Assembly: GCF_009914755.1 (NCBI RefSeq)
Contig: NC_060946.1
Source of the DNA: the human T2T-CHM13v2.0 reference genome, Homo sapiens
Direction: 5' to 3' (one strand)
Length of the DNA stretch: 64,000 nt
Part shown: piece by piece, positions 1 through 15,690 of the stretch
Layout of the letters: the number at the start of each line of letters is the position of its first letter
How positions within the stretch are numbered: position 1 is the first letter of the stretch
Program-made: the position numbers and the translations under genes
The notes under the pieces: model-generated
Seen by the model: only the letters and a program-made list of their open reading frames with translations
The model's database searches: none
Told to the model about the DNA's origin: nothing

Positions 1-1265
1 GGGCAGAGCACATTGGGAAGAGAACTGAGTCAAAAGCAAGGAGGTGTGAATCTGCAAGGGATTTGAGGGGTCAAGGCTGGGTTGGAAGGCATGGGCAGTG
101 AGGTGGGGGGAGGCTCTGAGATAGGTGAGGCCCAGGTGGCAGTCGGCTCAGGATCTGACATAGGCTGGGAAGACCCTGGCTCAAAACCATGGATCTACTG
201 TGTGGCCTTGGGCAAGTCACTGACCCTCCCTGGGCCCAAGTTCACTCATCCACACAAGGTGATGAGGTGTCCTGCTGAGCCCAGTCCCCAGCGTGGGAGT
301 GACAAGAGTCCATGGAAATACCAAGGGGGGCAGTGTCTAAAGTCAAGCACTAACCGTGGTTCCCAGCACTCTCTGCTGGGCCCTGCAGGTCTTACAGGGT
401 GTTGAACAGCAGCCTGAAGCTTCAGGAGGGGGCCGCTCAGGTAGGGAGGCAGAGTCAGGCCACCAAGGGCTAGGGAGCAGGCTAGGAGGCAGCCGAGGCC
501 CTCTCTCAGAGATGGGAATGTGGATGCATGGGGGAGGGAGGGAGGTGGGGACAATGGGGAGTGGAGCTGGGTGTCCCAGGAGGATGTCAGCCCCCATCAG
601 GTCCTCACAACTGCACTGAGAGGCCAGCCCTGCCCAGTTTACAGATAGGGACACTGAGGCTCAGGCAGGGGAGGCTCGGGGCAGGCAGGTTGTGCGGCAC
701 TGGCGGGGCCAGGTGGGTGTGTCTGACTGGGAGCCACTGCCTGTGCCCCGGATTTGAGACAGCAACAATAATGACCATCACAACCATGAGAGCGGCACCT
801 CCCAGGACCCAGGCCACAGCCTCAGTGATGATGACAGCACAGCATGTGGCAGGAACGTGGCAACATCCTCGGGCCTGGCTTAACCCTGGGGGCACAGCAG
901 CTTCCCTCGGTGCCCCCTCCACTGCTTGCTCCTTTAGCCTGAGGTGGGCCCTGGCTGTACAGAGGTGAGACCTGGGCTGTCAGGGTGAGGGGACCAGGGC
1001 CCGCCACCTGAGGGGAGAGAAGGCTCAGCCCAGACCCTGTCCCAGACCCCTAGTGCTGATGCTCCTGCTGCATCCCTTACACGGGATTTGCTGAGCAGCT
1101 ACTATGTGCTGGGGCCCTGAGTCGGGCTGAGGTTCTGGTCGGGGGAGCTGCACACCACTGCACAACTGACAAGGGTAGGGAGTCCAGCAGGAGGACGGAG
1201 GTCCAGATAGTGAGGTCAGGTCGGGGATTGGTGGGAGGGCCTGGCTGGGCTGAATACTGGTGGAA

Positions 1266-1313
1266 GTGTGTGTGTGTGAGTGTGTATGTGTGTGTGTTTG
1301 TGTCTGTGTGTGT
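1266..1313. repeat. Interrupted (TG)n microsatellite
   Basis: Read directly. Confidence 0.85.
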
Positions 1314-4300
1314 AGGGGGTAGTGCTGCCTCCTGCCGCGCTGTGAACTGAGTGTGCAACTGTGCAAGGAGGGCCAAGGTGCTTAGAGAGGCTCTCTACGC
1401 CTGGGAGGAAAACCCAGGACCTCCACAGTGCGAAGGAGACACCGTTAGGTGACGAAGGCACTTTGTCGCAGGTGCGGTGTCCCTGGGGTGCCTGCTGGGT
1501 CACACTGGGCTCTGGGCCCTCAGGGGTTGTCCTGACTACTTTCAGGAGGAAATGACGGGTGGAGTCTTGGGGTCACCAGAGAAGACACAGTCCAGAGAAT
1601 CTGAGCAAGAAACTTCACAGTCTGAGTTCAGTAGCTACTAAGCGGAGGGAAAGCCCCGCTTCTCCGTGAAATTAAACGAAGGCAGCTGAGCATTGTGACC
1701 ATTGCACCACTCCTGACGCCCCTGCTGGCTCCTAACTCAGTTATAAATCCCACGGGCGGGGGACGGCACAACGCCCCACCTGCCTGGCCACGCGATTCGG
1801 CAGCACTTGGATTTTGCCCAGCCAGCTGGCAGGAAAATCACATTTCTTATGATTGATGGAGTGCGTGTCTGTGGGGACCAAGAGGCGGGGGCTGTGTGGG
1901 GCTGAGCCACTGCCGCCAGGGCCTTCAATACTGCTGTTCAGCGGTGGCCTGGGGGCTGCCTCGGGGCCCTCACCCACCAAACCCAAGGGGTTTCTGAGAG
2001 GGGAGGCTGTGCCGGCCTCCGCTGGGGAGCCGAAGGCCTTGAGGCTGGGCCCAGCAGTCGCCCAGCTTACTCCTCTGCCCCAGCTCTGGGATCTGCTCCC
2101 CGCCCACCGTGGGCCCTCCCGCTGCAGCAGCCAGGGTGGGAGCCAGGGGCAGGGAACTCCTGGGCACTGAGGCAGTCCTGGCCCCCAGCACAGCTGCCCC
2201 TTGCCTCCACCTCCCCTGGCATCACCTGACTGCCCTGTCCTGGCAGTGCCTTGGCCTCCTGTCTCTGTCCCCCCTGCGGTGGTCCTTGACCCACTGCTTG
2301 GGTCCCACTAAGCCTCCCCAGAAGTGGCTGGCCTCATTAGGAGACTCCAGGAGCTCAGGGGATGTGGGTGTGTCTGCAGCTGTCTTCCTCCTGCTGCCCC
2401 TGCACAGGGAGCCCTGAGGAGCTGGAGAAGCTGGATTCATTCGCAGGAGAAAGAGCTGGGGTGGGCAGGGGAGAAAGGCAGAGAAGCCACAGAGGCTGGG
2501 CTCATAGGAGACTTCTGGAGGTGAAAGCAGAAGTGAAGAGAGATTTTGAAGAGCAGCGGCACTCAGCAGGAGGCTCCTGAGAGGGCTGTGAGGGGAACAG
2601 AAGCCTTTCCAGGGGCTGATGAGTGTTCAAGAACCTCCCTGGTCCACACTCCTTGCCTGGACATTCTCCAGTGTGCCCGAGGAGGGCCGCAGAGGGCGTT
2701 TGTAATGGCTGTTTGGGTGCCAAGTGGTGTTTCATTGACTGGGACACCACATGGAGGCTGGGCCACCCGGGGACCAGGGACCTAGTCGGGTTACAGTCAG
2801 AGCTATAATGCTGGAGATGTCCTGGGTCACACAGCTGGGAGGACCTTGGAGTGGCAGGAAAGGAGGCTCCTCCCTGATCTCCAAATGAAATCCCCTCTCA
2901 CGTTGGTTCCTCAACTGGCAAAACTGAAGCCCAAAAAGGAAGCTCCTCACCCAGAGTCACGCTGCGTGTCAAAGAGCACAGCGGGAGTGGGACGGTGCCC
3001 GTGAATCCAGCCAGGGACTGGCTATTCCCTTATCCTGCACCACACCTTTGTGGGTTCTGACAACCTTTTTTCACGCTCACAGGGTGATGGGAACACCTTC
3101 CTGAGCCTGCACTCAGGACGGTCAGGAAAGACGAAGAGCCTCTGAGCTCCAAAAGGAAAAGTGTCCCACCTGGACCTGGAGCTCAGCTGCCCACTCAGGC
3201 TCCGTGCACAATCCCTGCAGGCTTGGCAAGCTCTCTGCATCCTGATGGCATAGCACAGTGCCTGGCACACAGCAGGTGCACAATGTGTGCTTGTTGGGGA
3301 AAAGCAATATGGAACAGGGGTAGGGTGGGAACTGCTGCTGAGACAGGCAAAAACGTTCTGGGCAGGATGAGATCGGGGAGCTGTTAGCAGCAAGCACAGT
3401 GACGTAGGAAATGGAAGACCTTGAGGCCGGGGCAGGAAAACAGCACCCAGGTGCTGAGTGCAGGGTGCTCACGACATCCTCCATCCCCTTGGCAAGTGTT
3501 CGGCGAGGTGTGAGCTATTTATTCCAAATGTATGTGCATGCAAAAGGTGCGGGAGTGGGGGAGGACCACCGTTTTAAACGGAAGATTCTCAGCTATCAAA
3601 AAGCTTGGCTCTTATAGACGTTTTCCAGTGCCTCCTGAGCTGTAGTGCCTATGAGCATCACCCTCAGAGATGCCTGGTCAGTAGGCTCTGGGTCTTTAGT
3701 TTGACAAACCCTCTAGGTGTGTCTGTTGCAAAGGATCCACATTTCAGAACACCCCACTCTTGGGTCCTGCCAACAGACATTTTATTGTCTGTAGCTCTCT
3801 GGAGTCCCCACTGCTCAAGGGTGGAGGCTGGCTTCTTCTCTACCCATCACCTCCACATCCCCCAGAGCCTGGCACAAACCCCTGCCCAAGGACCCACTCT
3901 GCCAGCATTTGTCAAACCGAGCCACACAGGGCTGTGTCTTTGTCTCCTGTGTGATGGATGGTGTCATTATTCAATCGATAAGCACAAGCTGATTTATGCA
4001 TCTTATTAATTATTTAATAATAATTGAAAAGGTCACTACCTGCTAGCTATGTGAACGATCACTAACTCACGTCATTGCTGCCTCCAAAGAGGAGGCAGCA
4101 AGGATTAACTGAGGACCTACTATGTGCCAGGTAGGTGCACAGTTAATCCTTGGGAGGGGGCAGTCTTACCCACTCCTCCTTCACGAGGATCGGAAGGTTA
4201 AGAGGGGTGAAATCTCATGCCCGAAGTCAAGGAGCAGGTAAATGGCAGAGCCGGGACTCAGACCCAGGTTAGGTTACCTGCAAAGCTCCTGCACATGAAC

Positions 4301-4739
4301 CCAGGGGTCACTGTGCGGCAAACTCCTGCACCCCTCCAGCAAGGGGGCTCTGGGATGGGTCTTGCAGCCTGGGCTTGGTATCATGATGTCCCTGGATGAC
4401 GTGCCCTGAGCCCTGTGTGCCCATGGCTGCAGCTCAGCCCCCACAGAGCATCCGAACCTCTCACTCTAGCCCTTGACCTGGGAATCGACCCTCAGTCTGG
4501 CTCCTGTCCTTGGTGCTAGCCAGCCTCCCAGGGAGTTCCTGCTCCAAACGCACAGACCCTGCCTCTCCCCTTCCAACTCTAGATGCTGCACTACCCAGGG
4601 CCGCCTGGGATTAGGTCAGGCCCATCCCCACCATACTGGAACTGGGCGGAAATGGGAATTGCAGTAGACAAGCTCAGATCTGAACATAACCCTGGGGCAG
4701 CCACCCCACAAGGCCAACCCTTGAGATGCCACCTCTCTG

Positions 4740-4796
4740 CCTTCCTGCCTTCCTTCCTTCCTTCCTTCCTTCCTTCCTTCCTTCCTTCCTTCCTTC
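4740..4796. repeat. (CCTT)12 / GGAA microsatellite
   Basis: Perfect CCTT units at 4748-4795. Confidence 0.95.
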
Positions 4797-5280
4797 ACAG
4801 CCTGCCTGAGTCAGAACTAGTACCCCTCATGCCATACAAGGCATGTACACATAAGGAACTAAGTAACATTTGTATTTTCTAACCTCATGCTGAAAAATCT
4901 GGCTGGACAGACTGATTTGCTTCCTTTGGCCAGATTTACAACTCAAAAAGCCATCCGGTTTTCCCCTTTGCCTTGGCAGCTAGGTAACCCAAAACTCCAC
5001 TAAATGTTTAGTGGTTACCTCTCTCACACTGGGCTCTAAGCGCAATGAGCTTGCAAGCTTTGCTTCTAAGCTCTGTTTCCACCTCTCATTTTGACTTTCC
5101 TGTCTAGGCATGTGTTGTAGGCTACCCATAACAGTTTGAAATTTTTCTTGGCAAACAACAAGATAAGCAAACAATCAGGCAACCAATGAGCCAAACACTA
5201 TGGCGAGAGTGATGGCGTATTCTCCAAGCTCTCCAAAGACAATGACCCAAATCATTCTGGGTCTCAATTGTAGCCACTCA

Positions 5281-6006
<726 letters not shown>

Positions 6007-8208
6007 CTACATTGTTCCTGGCACCCGGGATGCTCTCACTGCCTCACCCCTGCTGTGAGGACGGAGGTCCTCCCCATCCTGCTGGACCAAGAGCAGAGGC
6101 ATCAGGTTCTGCCCTCTAGACCCTCTCTCAGCCTCCCCCAGGGGTCCCCTTCACTCAACACGACCAGGCTGTGCATGGCTGGGGCTGTCCGGGCCCCATG
6201 ACCTCACTTCTGTTATTCATTTGCCCAACATTTCCCCACCGAGGGCTGCTCTGCCTTCCTCAGGCAGAGGTGGCCAAAGTTGCGGGAGGGTTTGGAAGCC
6301 CGCTGTGAAGCCTGGCTCTCCCGGTGTCAGCCGACTCCACTGCAGACAGGGTCTGCGCTCCAGCACCCGGCCTTTGCACAGGCCGTGCCTTCTTTCCCTG
6401 CCCCCTTCCTCCCCTGCCTACCTCCCACCGGCCCTTTGTCGAAGATCACTTCCTCCAGGAAGTCTTCCGGACACCCTGACCCTCCTACGCAGCTGGGTCA
6501 AGCCTGTCTTCTGGCCCACAGCCCTGAGTTTCCCTCAAACCCAGCCCCTGTCACCCAGAGCCACATCTGTCTCCCACACCCTTCCCCAGGGCCAGGGTCC
6601 AAGTCTCCCCGACCTGTGCCCAGAGTGGATGGTGTCCAGGGCTTGCCACAGCAGCTGGAGCTGCCGAGCCCTAACAGTGCGTGCCAGGGGCTGTGGCTGC
6701 CTGAAGCCACCGATCTGTTAATCACTCCGGCGCCGCCTCCGTCTGCTCCCTGCTGCAGGCATGTGTTTGGGTGGGTGTGCGCTTCTGGTGTCGAGGAGGC
6801 GTGAATGGAGCCAGTGTCCGGCCTGTACACGCCACCGCTGCACATCCCCAGGGAGAGACTCACCTCGCTCTCGCCCAGACGGAGGTCTCGCGGGCAGCAG
6901 ATCCTTTAAGACCCTGTTTGAGGCTGGGGGGAAGGGGCCAGCCCGGAACCCGGAGACCTGGTTCTAATTCTTCCTCTGCCTGGTTTGCTGTGTGGCCTGG
7001 GAAAACCCTTGCCTGTCTCTGGGCCTGGAGGAGATGAGCATGAGGCCTCTCCCAGTCTCGACTTCCAGGCTCCAGATCTTCCCAGGCTTAGGTCAGCCCT
7101 GGCGCCAGCAGTGGCCTCTGTAGGAAGATGGGGGCTGCTTCCCTTGGGCTCCTCTGGCCCTGACCAGGGCTGAGCCCAGGGCCGGGGAAGCTCGCTTTCG
7201 CTCTCTGCCTAGAATGCCTTCCCTCCTCTCACTTGGCCAAGTTCTTGGCCTGAAGATGCTGCTCGGGTGCCTGGGAGCTCCTGGCTGGGAGGTCTCTGCA
7301 TGTCCTGAGCACATCCCATGAGCAGCTGTAGGCCAGTGCTTAGGCTTTGTAGCTGTAATCCCACAGCTCCCGGTCACTGTGCGTCCTTGCTGCCTCCTTG
7401 CCCCCACCTCCCAGCCCCCACCACCATGAAGCCTGCATCAGACTGATGGGCTCGCTCATGCTAAGGTGTAAATGACTGACAGCCAGGCCCCAGCGGCCTT
7501 ATGTTAAAAAGAGACTGTTAAAGAGAGGCTAGCTTTTCCTGGAGGCATCTGGATATGGAATTCCTTCCAGGAATTCCAGGAAAAAGAGGCCTGCAGCCCC
7601 ATCCAGTATGCTGGGGCAGGTGTCCCCGGGGTAGATGTCCATGTAGACCGAGGAGTCAGGCCTGGCTCCAGTTCCCAGGCCCTCCTGCTTTCCCCAGCAC
7701 CCTCCCTGCTGCAGCCCCCACGGAATTGCTCTAAGTGCCAGGTTTTTCTTCGGTGGTTCCCATGGCAGCAGCCACGGGGGCTGAGGGAGGAGACGGGGAA
7801 AGGGGAGGCAGGGCAGCTGTGTGCAGATGCTGTCCGCAGAAGGGGTCCAGGATGCCAGCTGGGGGTGTGGCTGGGCCACAGGCTGGGCCTCGAACCACTG
7901 GGCCAAGAAATAATAGTACCAGAAGTGGCAGTGGACGCTCGTTCCCCTACCTGCTTCCCACGTTAGCCCATTTAATGCTCACGCAACCACGGGAGGAAAC
8001 AGCTTTTTCATCATTGTCATCCCTGCTTTACGGATGGAAAACTGAGGCTCGGTGGAATTAAGAGACTTGCCTAAGAGCTCACAGCCATTAAGGGGCAGAA
8101 GCAGAATTTGAACTCAGCAGCTGAGCTCTAGAGTTGCGCTCCTCACCACTATAGCGCACTGCCTTGGCTGCGGCCACCCGGGTTCTCAGGTAGAAAAGCT
8201 GCTCCAGG

Positions 8209-8671
<463 letters not shown>

Positions 8672-9319
8672 TCAGTCCAACCCCTACCCTGCATTCTCAA
8701 AGCCACTGGATTTCCCAGAACACACTGTTGTCTTTGTTGTTTTGTAGGACTGTCTGCCCCTGGAGATTGGGAGGGCCCTGAAGGCGGGGTTGGGGTTCAA
8801 ATTGTCTTTATGAGCCCAGCACTCAGCCTTAGGCTGTAAATACTGACACCAACACATACTGACAGCTGAGAATGGGCTGGTGACAGTGGCTGCTTTGATA
8901 CTAACTTCCCTGGAGTTTATAGGCTGCATGTCTTGTGCGCCAGCAGCTAATAAAAACACTGGCAATTGTTATGCGCCAGTGCCCTGTGCTTCTGAATCCG
9001 TGCAATGGCACCATGAGGGAGGAGCTAGTGTTCCCATGTCACACATGAGGAAATGAGACCCAGAGAGGCAAAGTCACTTGCCAAAGGCCACACAGCTGGT
9101 GAGTGGCAGCACTGGGAGCTGGACCCAGGTCCCTCTCTGACTTCAAGTGAGCTGATCTTGGGGGAATTCCATGGTTTAATCTAGGATAGATGTCCAAAGA
9201 GGGGTCCCCTGTACCTGCGTGGTGTGCCTGCTTGTCCCGGCCCACCCTCTACCAGGAACTGAGGGCGAGTCCCTGTCCTCCCTCCTTGGGGCACCGTGCA
9301 GATCAGTGTGTCATTGTAA

Positions 9320-9320
<1 letters not shown>

Positions 9321-9350
<30 letters not shown>
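9321..9350. repeat. (TG)15 microsatellite
   Basis: Read directly. Confidence 0.95.
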
Positions 9351-9353
<3 letters not shown>

Positions 9354-10075
9354 ACTGCCGGGCTCCTGGCCTCTGCAGCCAGCTTGCTGCAATTGACACA
9401 TGACATGACCCCCGGCCCTCCCAGCTCATCCTCCCTGTCAGGGAAGGGAGGGGCCTGCCTGCCGGGGGGTGTTGCCTTTGCTGATTCGCCCTTCCTTGTG
9501 AGGTGACCACCCTGGAGGTGGCAGGCGGGGACGCCCAGGCCATGGGCACTATGCTGAAACCACTCCCCTGGCCTGCCACGGCTGGCCCTCCCTGTGGTCA
9601 GCCAGCTGGGAAGATTCAGGTCTTTAAAAAACTTTTGTAAATGTAATGAAAAATATGTGACCTGGAAATTAATTCCATCCAGATGCAGGGGTCTTTGTTG
9701 TGTGGGTGTGTGTTTTGTAAATGGCAGAAGATAAAAAACCAAAGGCTGTTTTATGGAGCAAGATGTGAAGGCAGCCAAAGCCGCAGATCGCAATTTTTTC
9801 AGTGTATTTTGGGATATTTACTGATTCAAATTCTTTTGGTGTTTCCCAAGCAGTAAACAAAACCTCTGATGGAGGAATCTCACTGAACGTCTTCCCGGGG
9901 CACAGGAGCAGATCCGTCAGCAGGAAGAGCAGCTGCAGCCAGTGTGGGGATGGAAGTCCCCATCACCACCCCACCAGGCAGTCACATTTGAGGGTGGAGG
10001 AGGAGAGTTCCTGAGGCCAGCAGGCCAGAACGAAACATCAGCTCAGCTGGAAGATGGCCGATGGCCCCTCTGCTA

Positions 10076-10474
<399 letters not shown>

Positions 10475-13194
10475 CTAAGGTGTGGGCTCAAGACGTCAAG
10501 GCTGTGTGAATCCGAATCCCAGCTTGGCAAAATTCTCTCTGTGATTTTGGGAAACTGAGCTTCAGTTTCCTTGTCTGTGAAATGGGGATACCTAGACCTC
10601 CTACTTCATGGTGTAAGTGTGAGGCTGTGAGATAACACGAGGGCCTGGAGAGAGACAGACCCCTGGAATGCTGGCTCGTGTGATTAAGGCACAGAGAGAG
10701 TGCTTAATAGGTCTAGACCCAGAGGCAAAGTGCCTCGCCCAAGGTCACACAGCAGGATTGAGGTTGTCTAGGGCAGTGGCGGTGTGTGGGCTTTGGGCCT
10801 GGATATACCTGGTGAAGCAGAGTCTATTACTATCAAAATACCACTGCGCCTGGCTGAGGGTGTTCCCAATAGGGTCAATCCCTCTGTCTCTCCTCACTCC
10901 ACTGGTAACAGGCTTGGACAAGTGACGTGCTTTGGCCAATAAAACATGAGCAAAAATGCTGTGGCCACTTCTGAGCAGAAGCTTAGAGACACGACGTGTG
11001 TGGCTTCACCACTGCCTTCTCCTTCTACAGCAGGGCCATCCTACCCGGGATAGGGGCTGCTTCTACGGCCTTGTCACAGAATGCTTTACACATAGAACCA
11101 AAGAGCCCAAGAAGGACCCAGAGTATGAGCCAAAAGGAAGCCTTCGCTTCTCAAGCTCCCGGGACCTCTGAGGGTGCTCCTCTCCTTGGCATAACTAAGC
11201 CCAGGATGACCGATACGGCTGACCCAAACCCTGTTGTGTCCCCTGTGTGCTGTGTGGCTGCAGGCAGGGCTTCACCCTCTCTGAGCCTCAGCCCTAGTGA
11301 ACGGGGCTAGTGGAAGGTCCTTCATAGATAACAGATGGAGGGTGTCAGCATGAGTCAGGCCCCTTGTGTTGGAGGAAGTCCTCATAAGTGTTCATTCACT
11401 TCCTTCCCCTGGGGAAGGGCAAAGCTTTGGGGGTCAGAGGTTTCACGCGTGGCCAAGGGAGGGACCACCGTCCATGCCTGCACATGCTAGGCCTTTGGGT
11501 GCACTGTTCTGTCCTCCTAGAGTCCCTCCCCACCTCCCACCCCCTGCAGCCCATCTGCCTGGTGAAGGAATGCCCATGCATTGTGGGAGATGCCACTCCC
11601 AGCCACCTCCTCCAGAGAGACTTTCCCTGTCCCCAGAGAGAACTGACCACATCCCCTGCACGCCCTGGCCCACCGCGACCCCCACACGGAGGCTTCCACA
11701 GATCGCCCAGGGACCTGAGTCTGAGTCGCCATTGCTGGTGTCTGGCAGTGCCCTGGCATGGGAAGGAGGGCAGTACACTTCTCACCACGTCAGGGCCCCT
11801 GCCCCACCCCTCTCTCTGCAGTCTCTCTATGGCCCACGTGGCTGGAAGCGGGCATCTCGCCGTGGTAGTGGGCTTGGCGAGGCTGCTTCCTCTCACTCTG
11901 CCTTCCTGCCAGGCAGCCAGAACCAAAACAAACCATTCTGTTCCTCCAGAAAAATACAAATAAATAAATCATCAGAAGCGCTCTCCTTTTCCCTGTCACC
12001 AGCCCCGCCTCCTGGCTGTTTCACCAGCAGGGAGGGCTGTGGCGGGGCGGGGGTCGGGGGAAGGGCGATGGGGGAGGACCAGGAGCTCTTGCATCTGCAT
12101 AAAGCCCCTTCCGGGAGTCACATTGGCCTAGTCCATCTAGACGGGCTGCTGGTGAGTGCTAACCTGTCTAGGATACTGGAACATCCAGCCTTTTAGCTGG
12201 GGTCTGGTGCGGTCCCCAGTGGCACACAAGTCCTGGCCTTCTAGATGCACCAAGGGGTGGCAGAACCAGGGCTCCAGAGCCCCTCAGATCTTGACACCAG
12301 TTGTTATCACCCATGTGGTCTGGGACAGGTGACTTCCCCAGCCTGGGGCCCAGCCCCTCCTTCCTCCCATGGTGAGGATTAATGGGCACCACAGGTGTCT
12401 TGCCCAGAGGAGCCTGTGATATCGTGTGGCCGGGGCCCCAAATACAGACAGGCACAGAGGTGGACTCTACCTGGGTCCCCGTGCACACAGAGGCCCTCTC
12501 CAGCCCATCCAATGACCCAGGACTTCAGCCCTGCATCCCGCTCCCCAAGGCTCATCCTCAAGTCGTCGTCTGCCGCTGGGCCAGCCCCGCCTGGACACCA
12601 GGCCCCACGTCAGCTCCCTGGGCTTGGGTCCTCTCCCCAAGGTCCTTGAAACTGGGCAGCTGGGAAGAGGCTTCCATGGCCCCTGACCCGAATTCTTGAT
12701 CTCCCCTCAGTGGGGTCCAGGTCTGGCCTAGGCCACCCTCATGGCTCCTGCTCCTGCAGACACTCTAGGTCCTCTGGGGTCTTATCCCATGCATGGCCTA
12801 TGCAGCCTCAAGCCATTTAAGGCCCTCCAGGGACGCTTGATGGCCTCAGAAGAAAGTCTATCCACCCTATCCCCTGGGCTAGACAGGGCCCCGGACCCCC
12901 TGCCTCCACCAGCTCTTTATTCCCCGCTTCCCCTTGCTCTTCCACTGGGCTGCAGAGAATTCTGCCCAAAAGTGCTCTTTCCTCTGGGCTGTGGGGCTCC
13001 CACCTTCTTAAACGCTGTCAGATCTCGAGAATCAAGCACCACGCCCCCCTCCGCAGGAGCACCTATGACAGGAGAAGCCTGGGGGAGGAGAAGGAGCTGC
13101 GTCCTCCTCTGTGTGGGCTCCATACTCACAGCTATGGAGAGGGAAGGCGGCGAGAAGATCGCTGGAGAATGACAAGGGATGGGATCTCCCCAGG

Positions 13195-13400
13195 GCAGCA
13201 GCTTAACTGGAGATGATTCTGTGCCCCCGCATTTGGCACTGTTAGGAGCCATTGCTGGTTGTCACCGGGGTGGTGGGGAGGAGGTGCACCGGGTCAGTGG
13301 AGGCCATCGGGATGCGACTAAACATCCCACAATGCACAGAGTGGGCCCCACCATGGAGGGTGACCTGGCCCCAGATGTCAGTGGTGCTGGGGTGGGATCT
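13195..13400. mobile_element. MER20-like hAT DNA transposon remnant
   Basis: gatgattctgtgccccc...catttggc...ggttgtcac...gatgc...taaacatcccacaatgcacag...ggccccagatgtcagtggtgc resembles MER20. Confidence 0.7.
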
Positions 13401-14439
13401 CCGCTCAGGGGGCCTCTCCTCAGTAGGATCTGCCTCTGTTGGTAGAAGCTCCAGAATGACTAAAGTGATTCCAGCCCATCTGGGTTGGCTGCTGGCTCCA
13501 CCACGAACCGTTGCCTTCCTCAGGCAAGTGACTCAACTGCTCTGTGCCTCCCCTTCCTCATCTGTAAAATGGGCTGAGGATGGGCTGCCAGGTAGCTGCA
13601 GCGGCATGATGAGGTTGAGGGCAGAGACTCAGCTATATTATGTGCTCCATAAACACTTTCTAGGGCTAACGATTAAAAATGTAAGTTAAAATTCTGATCC
13701 TCGATACTCCCATTCTCCCCAGGGGAAGGCCTTTACTTTGCAGCCCAACTCTTCATCAGCAGCCGCCAGGACCCCCTGTGCTGCTGGAGTGGAGTGTTCC
13801 GTGTGAAATCCTGTGCAAATATGCAGATTATAGAAACTTGTGGGCTTCAAAATGAGGATCCCAGACACCAGTCACCAGACCTTGGAGAAGTCTGGTTGTT
13901 TTGCCAAGCCTTGTCTGGCGTTCAGCCAGAACTTGCAGCATGACAGGGTCCTCACCCAAGTCCTGGCACTACCCTCGTCTCTCAGGGAATTCGTTCCTTG
14001 TCTTATACAAGGCTTGGGTCAAATCCCAGATCTGATTGCAGCCCTGATATGATGGACAGGGCTTGCTGAGTGACTTCACACACAGAATTATTCTAAGGGC
14101 TGAGCAGATGGCGAGAGATTCAAGGGAAGCACCCGTGCATTTGAGGAAGGAAGGATGGGGAGCTGGCCTAGGTGGGAGGTGGGGAGACTTGGAACAGGCG
14201 GCTTCCCCCTGAGTGAATGCAGCATGGTGGCAAAGCCCTTCAGCCCCAACATCAGACAGAGATCGAGGCTCACACTTGCAACCCACCACCTCCCTTCAAC
14301 AAACGCCCTGTTCAAAAAGATTTTTCCTTATCATGAAAAAATACATCTGCCCCAAAACTCAGCCTCATGCTTATTGGGAAAATAATTTGAAGGATCACAT
14401 TAAAATTAGAAGGAGATAAGAAGCCTGACAATTCTAAAG

Positions 14440-15690
14440 ATTGTTTTAGAGGGACTAGCCAACACAATCAGACAAGAAAAAGAAGTGAGGCACGAAAACA
14501 GCAAGGTAGGGTGATAAAATTATCATTGTTTACAAGTGGAATAATTGGAAACCTAAGAGAATCAACTGAAAAAAGAATAAGAAATTTCAGTAAGGTGGCT
14601 GAATGCAAAATTCCTATCTCAAAATCATTGCTTTTATCAAAATTCCTATCTCAAAATCATTGCTTTTAACAATACTCAGAGGATATAGTGGAAGGAAAGA
14701 CCCAACAGCAACATAAAAAGAAATAACTCGAAATAAATGCAAAATATATGTCTAATATCTATATGAAGAAAACTCTAAAATGCTATGAAAGAAAATCTGA
14801 ACAAATGGAACGACATTTGTATGGAAATGTTTGACATCATAAAAAGTCAATCCTTGGGTTAACCTATGAATTCAACACAATCTCAGTAAAAAATACTAAC
14901 TGGATTTTTTTGGGGGGAGGTAGGGGTACTACACAGCTAATTCTAAAGTTTGCATGACAAAAGAGCCAGGAGGAGCCCATTAAGATATTAAAACATATTA
15001 AAAGTCACAGTGGTTAACACAGTGAGGCACTAGTGTATAGCCAGAGCAAGTGAAGCCAACTGCATATCACACTCTACCTCAATACTCAGATTTAGTATAT
15101 TAAGATATTTGGTAAGTTTGCATTTCATCTCGGGGGAAAAGAGATGGCCAATTTAATAAATGGTGTTGGAATAACCAGCTACCCATTTTGAAAAAAGAAT
15201 AATAAAGTTTAATGCCAACTTTAAAACTTTCATCAAAGTAAATTCCAGAGAGCTCAACTAATTAAAGACAAAATATTAAAACGTAAAATAATTAGGAGAA
15301 AACATGGTATTTTTAATGACCTCAGAGCAGGAAACACCTTTCTTAGTATGATGCAAAAGCCAGAAACCATAAAAGAAAAAAAAAATGATAAAATGTGATT
15401 ACATAACAAAAATTAAGCATGAGGAAAAAGCAGTATAAAGTCAAAGTCACAGAGGAAACATTTGTATGGAAACATTCAACAAGGAGAAGATGGGAAGATG
15501 TTTGCAACTCATCATATTTCCTTCATATATAAAAAGCACCCATAAGTAAATAAGAAAAAAACAAAAACTTCAATAGAAAAATGACAGAAGACATAAACAG
15601 CTAGCTCACGGTAAAAGAAATACAAATGTCTCTCAGGCATGTGAAAAGACGGCCAGCTTCACTCATAATAGAGAAACGCATGCTGTTTTG
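14440..15690 (+). mobile_element. Old degenerate LINE-1 (L1M-type) ORF2 fragment
   Basis: Strongly A-rich block in a GC-rich context; residual ORF2 similarity (ctagccaacacaatcagacaagaaaaagaa, ttatcattgtttac, ttcagtaaggtggctg, ttaataaatggtgttgga); no open frame. Confidence 0.8.

Noticed and set aside
605-922. Minus-strand ORF with CC pairs followed by a hydrophobic stretch, superficially shisa-like
   Set aside because: GTG start, MIR-like flanks, no convincing exon pair in frame with SHISAL1, and the CDS is already complete at the TG|A junction.
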